DNA of 64,000 nucleotides from Planktothrix sp. GU0601_MAG3 (GCA_035193785.1 CP136572.1:352001-416000), one strand, 5' to 3'; shown: positions 24,468 through 36,233, counted from the first letter of the stretch. The notes: generated by a model from the sequence alone, not told the origin. Made by a program: numbers and translations.

Positions 24468-25385
24468 ATGTCCATTTGTTTACATCTAAGTCCATCCCAA
24501 ACCCATGAAACCCTGTCCTATCAGATATTAACCCTGGAACTGACCGGACAAGACCGCATTATCGAACCCCAGGTGCTCGAAACCCTGGAACTCCCCACCG
24601 GAATTAACTCCCAAGGGGGAATAGTGATATCAGGACGCGGCCCCATTTGGTTGTATGGCTACCTGATCCATGAACTACATCCGACCGCTTGGATCGCCTG
24701 TTATGACCCCCGCTTAGGGGCGGTTGTTGTTTCTAGTCATAGCCGAAAAGTGAGGGCAGGTCAAGTTTTGCCCCTAGCTATTTCTCTTTTTAATCAGTCC
24801 CCCGCTCCCGATCCCCTGTGTCCAGCCCTAATGATTGTCGGGCCGCCGGATAGCGGGAAAAGCGTCTTGTCCCATGGCTTATTTAAAGCCCTTCTGCCCG
24901 AATATCCTAATATTTATTTACAAAGAGCAAATTGGGATGGAGAGGGCAATTATAGTTTAGAATTGGGAGAGGATAAAACGCCGGAGGTTATCGAAACGTT
25001 TAAAGCCCAAAATCGAGGCGGGTTAACGGAGCGTTTCTATCCCTATCATGCCCAGGGTATCCTACAACTACGACGTCACAAATCGTTAATTATTGTGGAT
25101 GTTGGCGGCATGGTGCAACCGGACAAGTATCCTATATTAGAAGCCTGTAGCCATTATTTGATTATTAGTTCTAAGCCGGAAGCGGTCAACTCCTGGCATG
25201 AATTCTGTGGTCAAAGAGGGAATTTAACTCCGGTGGCGGTTATTTCTAGTGTGTTAACCAATACGGAGGAGGTGCATCAAATTCAACCCTATATTGAGAT
25301 TACCAGTGGCGCTTGGGTGATGGGTCAAGCTCCTGCTATTCCAGAAGTTTTGTTAAAGAAAGTTAAGGCCTTAATTCACAACTAA
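24468..25385 (+). CDS. csx3: Csx3 (Crn3) ring-nuclease domain fused to a P-loop NTPase domain
   Basis: ISGRGPIWLYGYLIHELHPTAWIACYDPRLGAVVVSSH; Walker A GPPDSGKS; IIVDVGG. Confidence 0.85.
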   Translation: MSICLHLSPSQTHETLSYQILTLELTGQDRIIEPQVLETLELPTGINSQGGIVISGRGPIWLYGYLIHELHPTAWIACYDPRLGAVVVSSHSRKVRAGQVLPLAISLFNQSPAPDPLCPALMIVGPPDSGKSVLSHGLFKALLPEYPNIYLQRANWDGEGNYSLELGEDKTPEVIETFKAQNRGGLTERFYPYHAQGILQLRRHKSLIIVDVGGMVQPDKYPILEACSHYLIISSKPEAVNSWHEFCGQRGNLTPVAVISSVLTNTEEVHQIQPYIEITSGAWVMGQAPAIPEVLLKKVKALIHN

Positions 25386-25400
25386 CCAGAAGGATATCAG

Positions 25401-27714
25401 ATGAATAATTCAGAGGATCATGTATCATTTAAGGCTGCACTGGGAGTTATGCAGCAAGCTGTTCTCGAATTACTAAAATGGTCTAATTTTAGTTTAAATA
25501 GTGAGTTTAAAACAGATTTAAAAAATAAGGCAATTAATAAGGCTAAAGAACTATTTTCGTGGACAGAAACCAGCGAAATCAAAATTAAACCCCTACGCCT
25601 ATTATTTGATGCGGTTAAACTAGAGCATAAACAGGATAATATCTATTACGCCCAACCCCAAGTTATTAAAAATCAAAATCCAATTATTCCTTATCCAGTC
25701 AATCAAGAAACCTACAGAAGATGAGTTACAGACTCTCAAAAATCAAATTAATACAGAAATACAAAACCTCAATTTAACTCAATCTGACTGGGATAATTTA
25801 TCATTATTAACCCTAATTGTTGAGAAATACGGATCATTTATCAGTTTTGTTTATCCCGATGTCGCCTTAATTGATCTGGCGCGTTCAACGGCGGCGGTCG
25901 CTGCGGCGTTAGCAGAAAATTCTGAAGCTCAAAACCTCTATTTAATCGCGGGTGATTTATCAGGAATTCAAAATTTTATCTATACAATTTCTTCCGATGG
26001 GGCGTTAAAATCTTTACGCGCTAGAAGTTTTTATTTAGAATTAGTCACAGAAGAAATTGTTCAACAACTGTTAATCGAATTAAAGTTACCTAAAACTAGC
26101 GTAATTTATGCGGGAGGCGGAAATCTCTATATTCTGTCATCAGGAGATAAAGAAAAAGCTGAAAATGCGGTTCAGAAAATAGGCGATCGCTTGAATAAAT
26201 GGCTAATAAAAAGTTTTCAAGGTAAAGTATTTTTAGCGTTAGATTGTGTTGAGTTACCAACAGTAAATGTAAGTCAAAAATCTCTCTCAGAAGCGTGGGA
26301 AAAAGTTCCTCAAAAGTTAGGAAAACTCAAACATCAGAAATTTAAAGCACAACTTAGTGACTTTCTAGCGAGAAAACCCAGTTATGAACCCTGTGGAGTT
26401 TGTCATAGAGATGATAAGGAAAATTTAGAACCCCTTTCGGAGCCAGATTCGGTTTTAGCTTGTCCAACTTGTCGAGATATGTTTGCTTTGGGAGGAGAAT
26501 TACTCAAAGTTAATCTGATTATTCGCTCCTCAGAAAAAGAATTAACAGGATCAGACCATCAGATTGACTTTGATTGGGATGAAACCCCCATTTACTATCA
26601 TGTTTTTCGCCAGTGGAAACAGATTACAACTAAAGAATCTGATACAGCATTATTAGTTAATGACTGGGATTTAGAACACTATCGTTTTCGATGGTTTAAA
26701 AATCCATCTCCTCTGTTTTTAGGACAATATGCTCAAGAAAGTCACGAAGAACAAAATCAAACAATTCGTGCTAATGAATTAGCGGATATTGCTGAAGGAA
26801 TTAAACGAGTCGGTTATCTGCGAATGGATGTTGATAAACTCGGTCAAATTTTCGCCAAAGGGTTAGGAGATGATCAAAATTTACCCAGACTTGCGGGACT
26901 ATCTCGACAAATGACCTATTTTTTTAAAGTATATCTAAATAGTTTAGCGGAAAATAGAAAGGATAATTTCTTTCAACCTTTGGGAAATTCGGTCAAGTCT
27001 TTAAGTCAAGGCGATCGCAAAAATTTAGTATTCATTTATGCGGGGGGAGATGATCTATTTATTAGTGGTGCTTGGAATGAAGTTGTGGAATTTAGCTTTG
27101 ATGTTTATCAATCCTTTCGCCACTATACAGGTCAACATCCAGATATTACTATTTCCGGTGGAATTAGTTTAGCGGGGGCAAAATTTCCCCTCTATCAAGC
27201 TGCTTCAGAATCAGGAAGTGCGGAAGAAAAAGCCAAAGGAAATGGACGGGATAGTTTGGGGTTATTTAATACAGCATTAAAGTGGGAAGAATGGTTGGGT
27301 AAAGAAAATATAAAAGTTTCACAATTACAAACTATTGATGCTAAAATAAAAGAATATTTGGGAACGGATTCTCTCCCGGATCTGTTTGGAGTTCTCCCCT
27401 TTGTGCAGAAACTTCAAACCCTAGAAGTGAATACCTCCAGAAATTTTGTTCGGAATTTATTAACAACGGCTCAACTCCAAGAGCAGAAAATCAAAGATTT
27501 TAAAGATAAACATCAAGAAAAAGGAGATGAACGTTCCCTGCATGATATTCAATACTATTTGCACTTACCAAAAGTTGCCTATACCTTAGCAAGATTACCG
27601 GACAAGGTTCGCAACAATGAAGGATTTAGACCCGTTATGACTTCCCTGAAAAATCCTTATAATGCTCCTTATTTTCGAGCGATTGCTACTTGGATTGAAT
27701 ACTTAAATCGTTGA
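25401..27714 (+). CDS. cas10: Type III-A Cas10/Csm1 (frameshift near 25712); GGDD intact, no HD motif seen
   Basis: GDLSGIQNFIY...KSLRARSFYLE, CGVC/CPTC zinc motif, LRMDVDKLG, YAGGDDLF. Confidence 0.92.
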
Positions 27715-27736
27715 TCAAATTCTCAGGATTTATGAT

Positions 27737-28300
27737 ATGATTACAATAACAACTCCCCCAAAACTTTCATTTAAAGATTATCTAAACTATGACGATGGGA
27801 CAGATAACCGTTATGAGTTAGAAGACGGAGAATTAATTCTAATGAATCCCCCAACAGGTCGCCATGCGTTAGTTATCTATAATCTAAATAATGCCTTTGT
27901 AGCAGAAATTAATCGTCTAAGTTTATCTTGGATTTGCTTACAAAATATTGGCATCAGAACATCAATTAATCGTTCTCGAATTCCCGATCTTTGTATTGTC
28001 ACCCGGGAACAAATTCAAGAAAAATTAGATGTTTCAGCCGTGCTAGAATCTCCGGCAATTTTAGCCATTGAAATGGTTAGTCCCGAATCCAAAATCAGGG
28101 ACTACCGCTATAAAAGATCAGAATATAGCGTTGTCGGGATTCCTGAATATTGGATTATTGATCCAAGTGAACAAAAAATCACCATTTTGCAGTTAGTGGA
28201 GGGACTATATGAGGAACAAAGTTATCAAGGAAATCAGAGAATTATTTCTCTAATATTCCCCGAACTCAATTTAACCCCGGAACAGATTTTTAACCTATAA
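27737..28300 (+). CDS. Uma2-family endonuclease-like protein inside the csm operon
   Basis: RYELEDGELILM, RIPDL, LAIEMVSP, DYRYKRSEY..GIPEYWIIDP. Confidence 0.88.
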   Translation: MITITTPPKLSFKDYLNYDDGTDNRYELEDGELILMNPPTGRHALVIYNLNNAFVAEINRLSLSWICLQNIGIRTSINRSRIPDLCIVTREQIQEKLDVSAVLESPAILAIEMVSPESKIRDYRYKRSEYSVVGIPEYWIIDPSEQKITILQLVEGLYEEQSYQGNQRIISLIFPELNLTPEQIFNL

Positions 28301-28312
28301 TTTGAGTTAACT

Positions 28313-28744
28313 ATGCCCATTGATAAAGACATTGAAAATCACATTAAATCTCTGAAATCTCTCAAAGACTATTCAATTAGAGATTTAGTCAAACACGCTC
28401 AGGAATTTGGCCCCCATCTCAAAAATCAGAAATTGGAAACGAACCAAGTTCGCAAATTTTTAGATGCCATTAATCGACTGAAAGTTAAAATTGCTCAAAA
28501 TGCGGATCAAAGTGAGAAAGATATTGAGCAAAAAAATCAAAAAGTGTTCAACAAAATCGAGCCGGAAATTGTCCTATTAAAACCCAAACTTGCCTATGCT
28601 GCCGCTCGACAACAAGCCGCTAAACCGCTTAGTAGTATCATGTCTGTTGCTATTGACAAAGTACATAGTTTAGAAGACTTTGAACGACTTGTACAATTAA
28701 TTGAATCAACCATTGCCTACCATAAAGCTGAAGGAGGAAAATAA
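28313..28744 (+). CDS. csm2: Type III-A small subunit Csm2
   Basis: TNQVRKF, LKPKLAYAAAR, ESTIAYHK. Confidence 0.92.
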   Translation: MPIDKDIENHIKSLKSLKDYSIRDLVKHAQEFGPHLKNQKLETNQVRKFLDAINRLKVKIAQNADQSEKDIEQKNQKVFNKIEPEIVLLKPKLAYAAARQQAAKPLSSIMSVAIDKVHSLEDFERLVQLIESTIAYHKAEGGK

Positions 28745-28747
28745 ATC

Positions 28748-29700
28748 ATGACTGTAATTGATAGACCCCAAAAAAACTTACTCGGAAAAATTATTATTAC
28801 CAGTACCTTGGTAGTTGAAACCGGATTACATATTGGCGGTGGCGGTGAAAATTTAGATATTGGGGGGTTAGATAAACCCGTCATTCGTGACCCCATGACC
28901 CAGCGCCCCTATCTCCCCGGTTCTTCAATTAAAGGAAAACTGCGGGCGATATTAGAACGGTGGTTAAAAAAACCCTTAAATCGTTCAGGAGGAAGCGGAA
29001 ACCTATCGTTATGAAAGCGACGATTTAGAAGATGGATATACAGAGATTTCCCCAGGTAAATTTGTTCGCTATCAAGGGGCGAGAACCTGTCAATTAAGTC
29101 GAGTATTTGGGTCAACAGGAGGATCAAACTGTTATCTTAAAGCTGATATTATTGGCTCAGAAGAATTAGAAAATAAAGGAAATTCTACAACAATTAATGG
29201 TGAAAACCATATCAAAACCAAAGGAAGGAATCAACCCGCACGATTAATTGTTAGAGATTGTCATTTAACAGAAGAATCCGCTAAACAACTAGAAAAAATT
29301 GACACAGGTTTGTATATGACCGAGTGGAAATTTGAAAATGGAATAGATCGAGTGACGGCGGCGGCAAATCCTCGTCAATTAGAACGGGTTCCCGCAGGTT
29401 TCTAAGTTCAAATTTGAAATAGTATATACCGTTGAAGATGGAACTCAAGCCGCAGAAGATTTAGAGAATTTAGCGATCGCCCTTGCTATTTTAGAAGACG
29501 ATGCGTTAGGCGGTCATGGTTCCAGAGGTTACGGAAAAATCCGCTTTGAAAACTTCAATATTGAGTATCGGGATATTGAACGTTATCGACAAATTGCCAG
29601 TGGCGGTGGAAAATTCTTACCCGTAGCGATTAAAGATATCGGAGAATTGTTGAGTCGTTTTAGTGATGTCAAAGCCCTGTTATCTGAGAAAAAATCATAA
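28748..29700 (+). CDS. csm3: Csm3 (Cas7 RAMP), with frameshifts near 29000 and 29400
   Basis: TGLHIGGG..IGGLDKPVIRD (catalytic Asp present), PGSSIKGKLR, KFENGIDR, LGGHGSRGYG. Confidence 0.9.
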
Positions 29701-29703
29701 ATT

Positions 29704-30781
29704 ATGAGTAATTGGAAACTAATTCGACTCAATTTCGGACAAACACCTGCCCATTTTGGCGAAGTGGGAATCGGACTGGAAGAAAGCCGAGAACGAGTCC
29801 GATCCGATACTTTATTTAGTGCTTTAATCAGTAGCTATGCTCGTTTATTTGGTAAAGAAAAGGTAGAAGAAACTATTAGGAAACTTTCAACAATCTCCTT
29901 GTTTTCGTCTTAGCTCTACCTTTATCTATCGTTATCAAAAATCAAAGTATACCTACTATCTTCCTAAACCTTTAGCTTTCCCTAAAAAGTATCCAATTGG
30001 AAACGATTTAGAGTTTACAAAAACCTACAAAAAGCTCTCCTATTTGCCCTTAGAAGTTTGGCAACGATGGTATCAAGGAGATGGGTTTACAGAGAGCGAT
30101 CGCCTGGAACTAATTCATACAACAAACAAAACCGCAAAAGATAACGATCCTTTGCACAAAGCGGGAACCTTTGACTACAATCAAGCCTTCAAAATTGATA
30201 CAAACCCAAAAGTTGCAATTGATCGCACCACTCGATCAACTAACTTTTATCATACGGGTTTTGTCCATTTTGAAAGTCACCCCCAGGAAGATAAAAGCAA
30301 ACCAGAGCACCACTCAGGATTATATTTTATTCTGCACTTTCCTACAACTAATCCCCACCTAGAAAAAGAAATTCAGGCGACTTTAATTTTTTTAGGAGAA
30401 GAAGGATTAGGCGGAGAACGTTCGAGTGGTGCAGGACGTTTTAATCTGGAATGGTTAGACTTAACCCCTGAGTGGAAAAAAGTTGTTCAGCATCAACAAT
30501 CAAACCATTGTTTAATTAGTTTGTTTTGGGATGATTCCATATCACCAGAACTATTAAATGATAGCGCTTGTTATGATATTCAAGAACGAGGCGGTTGGAT
30601 AGCATCTTCCCCATCTGGTTATCAAAAACGGCGAAAAATGGTGAGAATGTTTACAGAAGGATCGGTTTTTTCCGCTTGTCCTCAAGGAAAACTTGCTAAT
30701 GTCACCCCGAAGGGATTTGAAAAACATCAAGTTTATCGGAGTGGAGTCAGTTTAAGTCTACCCATTTCTATTAATTCCTAA
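29704..30781 (+). CDS. csm4: Csm4 (Cas5 RAMP), frameshift near 29880
   Basis: HFG, RSDTLFSAL, GLGGERSSGAG, MFTEGSVF. Confidence 0.9.
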
Positions 30782-30789
30782 TCAAAATT

Positions 30790-32074
30790 ATGGTTGCTTC
30801 TCAACAGTCTGAAATCAAAAAACCCGAAGTCTATGACTCTCGAAAAATTAGATTAACCAGTCCTATTTTACATATTGGATCGGAAGTTTCCAAGTTAAGT
30901 CCCTTTGAATATGTACAAACCTCTAGTAAAGTTTATCTTCCCGATAAGGAAGCATTAGCCAGAGGTTTACAATCTAAAGGTAGACTGCAAGATTATATTA
31001 ATGCTATTGATAATAGAAGGGAAATTATAGGCATTCTTGAACAAGCATTTGGAAAAAATTGGCAAACGGCGACGGATACCAATGAAAATCGCATTTTTCC
31101 TGAAATTGGGATTAGCAGTAAATGGACGGAAGATCAAATTACTGATCTACGTCCGATGATTAGAAATGGTTTTGGACAGCTTTATATTCCCGGAACTTCG
31201 ATTAAAGGGGCGATGAGAACTGCGATCGCTTATTATCTGATAAAACACGCCGATAAATATAAAACCCCTAAAACAGTCAGCCATATTGAACAACAATTAA
31301 GACAAAAATTAGCATCCGGTGAATTCGTAAATAAATTTAAGCATAAGTTTACCGATGATGCCTTATTTATGAATAGTCTCTTTTCTGATTTTACCTTAAA
31401 GTATCAAGACTATTCGCCCCAAACTAAAACAGGGCCAAATACAGACTTCATGCGAGCAATTCATGTCAGTGATACTGAAACCTTTGCTGGAAAAAAAGTT
31501 AACTCTTAAGAATGGAAATAAAACTATAGTTAATGTACCCATTGTTACGGAAGTCTTAGTTTCTAGCCACTTTGAAAATAATAAGGCTAAATATCGAGCG
31601 TCTATTTATGCGGAAATGGTGAGAAATATTAAAACAGAATTTACCCTAACAATTGATTATGAGATGTTGAGTTGGTTTCGCCATCAACAAGGAATGATTA
31701 TTCCCTTTAAAAATTCACAAGAACTCTTGACGATTTGCCAAGAATTTGCCCAGGAACAATGGGATGGAGAGCATGATTATTGGGACAATATTGAAGATCA
31801 AAAACATCAAGTAAAAAACTTGTATTTTGATAAAATTAGAGATTTTTATGAACATGAAAAATGTCCTTATCAAACTCGATTAGGTTGGGGAAGTGGGATG
31901 ACAGGAACAACAATTAATTGGTTATTAAAAGATGATTTAAGATCCCAATTGCGAGATACCTGTGGGATTAAAGCACCGGGTTTTGAAGCTCCAAAATCTC
32001 GAAGAACAGTTACTAATAAAGACGGAGAAATCAGTTATCTTCCAGGATGGGTGAAGTTGATTATATTGGGGTAA
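30790..32074 (+). CDS. csm5: Csm5 (Cas7 RAMP), frameshift near 31480
   Basis: SPILHIGS, YIPGTSIKGAMRTA, RLGWGSG, APKSRR, LPGWV. Confidence 0.9.
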
Positions 32075-32136
32075 GTAAGGGCGGGTTTAAATCAGTTTAT
32101 GATTGGCATTATAGATTTGGGTGAACCCGCCCCTAC
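32075..32136. repeat. REP-like hairpin between csm5 and cas6
   Basis: GTAAGGGCGGGTT...AACCCGCCCCTAC. Confidence 0.55.
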
Positions 32137-32236
32137 AGGGACTATCTTTATATAACCAAACATTATATCAGACCTTGAAGATATATAAATCTATCAATGA
32201 TTAATACTTCCATTCACTTCCTAACAATTTTTAATC

Positions 32237-33002
32237 ATGCTCATTCGTTCAACTTGGATATTAACCTCTAATGAAACTACCATTTTACCCCGTGCTTATG
32301 GTTTAGAATTGGTGAAACAACTCCATGAACAATTAGGATTAGAAATGGGTAAAGAAGCAATTCCTTCCGTATCTTTTGCCGGATTAACTGGACGTTGTTT
32401 AGCATCCGAAGGATTTTTAACCTTTAATTTAGGAGAATTTTATCAGTTATCATTATGTGGATTAGAAGAAAGAGCAGGAAAAGCGATCGCATCGCTCAAT
32501 CTTTCCGATTCTATCACATTTTTAGGGGCTAATTTTAATATTATTAATCGAGAAGATGAGATTACCAGTTATGAAGAACTTTATACTACCTTAGTTGCCA
32601 ATGAACCCGAACCCACAAGAAAATTTAACCTGCAATTTGTCACCCCCACCGCTTTTTCTCAACAGCAAAACCATTTATCCTTACCTGTTTCCGGCATTAA
32701 TGTTTCGCAGTTGGTTAGAGCGTTGGAATCATTTTGCACCCATTTATTTAGGAGGTGATGAATTAATTGCTTATTTAAGTCGTTTAGTCAAACTGCAAAA
32801 GCATCAATTAAAAACCCGTAACTTTCAACTTCCCCGTGGTTATTTACCCGGGTGTACGGGTCAAATTACCTTACAAGTTCCCCATCGAATTGATCCATTA
32901 TTAGCAAATGTGGCTCATTTATTAGTGAATTATGCCACGTTTGCGGGTACGGGAGTTAAAACCCGATTGGGAATGGGGAAAACAAACATTATCTTTAAAT
33001 AA
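32237..33002 (+). CDS. cas6: Cas6 crRNA-processing endoribonuclease (frameshift near 32690)
   Basis: FVTPTAF, SWLERWN and the G-rich loop FAGTGVKTRLGMG. Confidence 0.88.
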
Positions 33003-33012
33003 AGAGGAATTT

Positions 33013-34278
33013 ATGATTAAAGTTATTACATTTTTAGGCGATCGCGGTGGATTAGAAACGGTCTACAGCTATGGAGAAAAAACTTATACGGGTGGAGTAT
33101 TTGCAGAGGCAATTAGTCAATTTTGTCAGTATGATGAAATGTTAGTTTGCGTGACAGATAGAGCTAAAGCTAATACTTGGGAAGTGTTAGAAAAACTTGA
33201 AGATAAACGCATTAAACCTATTGATATTCCAACGGGAAGAACAAATGAAGAAATGTGGGAAACTTTCAAAATTATAGCCGCACAAGTAGATGAGGGAGAT
33301 CATGTTATTTTCGATATCACCCACGGTTTGCGTTCACTTCCATTTCTCGTTTTCTTATTTGCAGCGTATCTCAAAGCAGCTAAAAATGTTACTATTGATG
33401 CAATTTATTATGGAGCATTAGAGTTAAGAGAATCAAAAGAAGCACCTGCTCCTGTGATTGATTTATCTGAATTTGTTGGAATGTTAGATTGGTTAACTGC
33501 TACAGATCGATTTATTACAACAGGTGAAGGTCAATCTTTAGCTAATTTAGTTTATAATGCTGTCCCATCCAAGGCTGAATTGCGCGATGATCCATCAACT
33601 CGACCTCTGAGAAGTCATCTTGAAAAGTCAGCTAAAGCAATTGAAACAATCTCATTAGCTTTAAATATTACCCGACCCATTGAAACTATGAAATCAGCAA
33701 TTGAACTCGAGACAACTTTACAAAAAGCCGAATCTAGTTTTAATCAACGGGCTAAACCTTTTTCTCTATTAGCTGAAAAAATTATTAATGAATATGGACA
33801 ATTTGCCTTAGAAAATGCCACTTATAAAGACGTAACCTTAGATAATCTTTGGCATCAGTTACACATGATTGAATGGTACATAAATCGAGATAAAATCATA
33901 CAAGCTGTCACTTTAGCAAGGGAATGGCTAGTTTCTGTCTTAGTTTTTAATTTTAATCTCCATGAATTTATGTTTGATCTGCACAAAGGTCGTAAGTACG
34001 CTGAAAAAGCTCTTAATAATGGTGTTGAAAAACGCAAAAAAGATCCCCGTCCTATAACGCCTTGTGATTATGATCAAAATTTTGAAGATTTAGCTACAGC
34101 AGATCAATTAGTAGAAATTTGGAGTAAGATGACTGAATTAAGAAATGATATTGCTCATGTGGGAATGAATCTTAATCCTCAGTCTGCAGAAAACATTAAA
34201 AAACAAGCAATTAATCTTTACCCTAAAATTAAGGCAATAGGAGAGTCTATGTTAATTAAGAATACCGATAACGATTAA
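33013..34278 (+). CDS. csx1: TM1812/Csx1-family CARF-HEPN cOA-activated RNase
   Basis: ITFLG, FDITHGLRSLP (DxTHG CARF), IYYGA, REWLVS; HEPN RNDIAH. Confidence 0.82.
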   Translation: MIKVITFLGDRGGLETVYSYGEKTYTGGVFAEAISQFCQYDEMLVCVTDRAKANTWEVLEKLEDKRIKPIDIPTGRTNEEMWETFKIIAAQVDEGDHVIFDITHGLRSLPFLVFLFAAYLKAAKNVTIDAIYYGALELRESKEAPAPVIDLSEFVGMLDWLTATDRFITTGEGQSLANLVYNAVPSKAELRDDPSTRPLRSHLEKSAKAIETISLALNITRPIETMKSAIELETTLQKAESSFNQRAKPFSLLAEKIINEYGQFALENATYKDVTLDNLWHQLHMIEWYINRDKIIQAVTLAREWLVSVLVFNFNLHEFMFDLHKGRKYAEKALNNGVEKRKKDPRPITPCDYDQNFEDLATADQLVEIWSKMTELRNDIAHVGMNLNPQSAENIKKQAINLYPKIKAIGESMLIKNTDND

Positions 34279-34370
34279 ACTTCAAATAAATTTTATGGGT
34301 TCGTGCGCTTTGATGGCTGCACCCTACAAATTTAAGTTATTATTGAAGTGAGTCAAGATCATGAACTTCT

Positions 34371-34983
34371 ATGACCCTAACCTCAATTTCCACTAAACAA
34401 CTCACTTTCACAGAATTTTTAGAACAACTTCCTGATGACGCGGGACGTTATGAATTGGTGAATGGAGAAATTGTGAGAACATTAGCAACTCGACAACACG
34501 ATAATATTGCCGATTTTATTGCACGACAGTTTGATAAAGAAGTTGAACGTCTTCATCTTAACTATCGAGTATCGGGTCGAGTTGTAGTCAGGACATTAAC
34601 CGCTAATGGTCGAGAACAGGGAAGACAACCGGATGTGAGTATAGTGGATAAAACCCTTTGGAACTCAAATCTTTCTGCTTATACAGCTTTTATTGAAACC
34701 CCTTCAGTTAGCGGTTGAAATTGTATCAACAAATTGGGAAGATGATTATGTTGATAAATTAGATGAATATCAACGGCTAGGGATTTCTGAATATTGGATT
34801 GTGGATTATTTAGCGATCGCATCTCGTTCCTATTTAGGAAACCCTAAAATTCCTACTGTTTTTGTCTATCAGCTTGATAAAACAGGAATTTATCAACATC
34901 AATCTTATCAAGGAATAGATTTAATTCTATCGCCTACTTTTCGTGAACTGCAATTAACCGTTGAACAAATCTTAAACCCTTAA
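34371..34983 (+). CDS. Uma2-family endonuclease-like protein (frameshift near 34700)
   Basis: RYELVNGEI, RQPDVS, LAVEIVSTNWEDDYVDKLDEYQRLGISEYWIVD. Confidence 0.88.
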
Positions 34984-34992
34984 TTTATCATT

Positions 34993-36172
34993 ATGAAAAC
35001 TACCCTAATTTCTACCGTCGGAACTAGCTTAATTTATCCTAATTTATCAGGACTTCCTATTGATCAAACAACTTATGAAGTCTGGTTAAAACGTCAACCT
35101 TTATCGGAGCAACCTTTATTTAGTTATGAACTCATCTCCAATATTAGAACAGCGTTACAGCAGAAAAACTGGAAACAACTAGCAGACTATTTAGGACAAA
35201 TCCCCGGAACAACCCGACTCTGTGGCGCGGAAATTAACTCAATTACCGATTTAATTCAACGAAAATACTGTATCGAAAAATGCAGCTTAATGTTTTGTCA
35301 TTCAGCAACACCAGAGGGAGAAAATATTGCGGAAATCTTGAAATATTATTATCAAAATCAAGGACATCGTACCGAAACCCAAAAAATTGAAGGGTTACAG
35401 GATGATCAACCGAAACTTTTTAGAACCAAAGGACTGCGAAATTTAGCAAAAACCATTAGTCAAATTGTGCGGGAACAAACGCCACAATATTGTGCAATTA
35501 ATGCGACCGGGGGTTATAAAGCTCAAATTGCGATCGCAGTTTTAATGGGACAAGCATTAGGAGTTCCCGTTTATTATAAACATGAACGCTTTAGCGAAAT
35601 TATCGCTTTTCCTCCCATGCCCATTGGTTTAGATTTTAGTTTATGGTTAGAAAAAACTGGTTTATTAAGTGCTTTAGATCGTCAAGATTTAGTGCAATGG
35701 CAAGAAGTGGAAGAAGACTGGGATGAACGTCTGGAAGCATTAGTAGAAACGAGTGGAGATGGATGGAAAAATATATTTAGAATTATCTCCCACGGGTCAA
35801 ATTTTTCACGAAACTTTTAAGGGTCGTTTTGCTTCAGAATACGATCAAGTTTTACCCCCTGCGGTTCCTATTTCTCAGAAACAACAACCGGATTTAACCA
35901 GTCATGGTTGGGGAAATGCTAGAACTCCTATTTTAAATTGGTTACAAAAAATTACCGATGATTGTAGTTATGTTCAATCCTGCCGTACCCATTATTGGAA
36001 TCAACATTTACCCGCACCTGTGTTATTTAGATTGAGAGGAGAACAAATTGAAGGTGTGTTTAGTAATGGCACTTGGACAGTGAAATTTTATGTTGATACC
36101 TCATCTAATACCCCAGGACAACGGGCGGCTTGTGTAGCAGCTTTAAATCAGAAAATAGAACAGTGGAAATAA
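34993..36172 (+). CDS. APE2256-type CARF protein with a C-terminal domain of unassigned function (frameshift near 35750)
   Basis: ISTVGTS, GAEINS, HSATPEG, INATGGYKAQ, YYKHERF; continues LELSPTGQIF plus about 110 aa. Confidence 0.8.
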
Positions 36173-36233
36173 GGATTAAACAGGAACAAAACTAGAATAA
36201 TAAAAATGGTTTCTGTATAATGGAATAGGTTGC

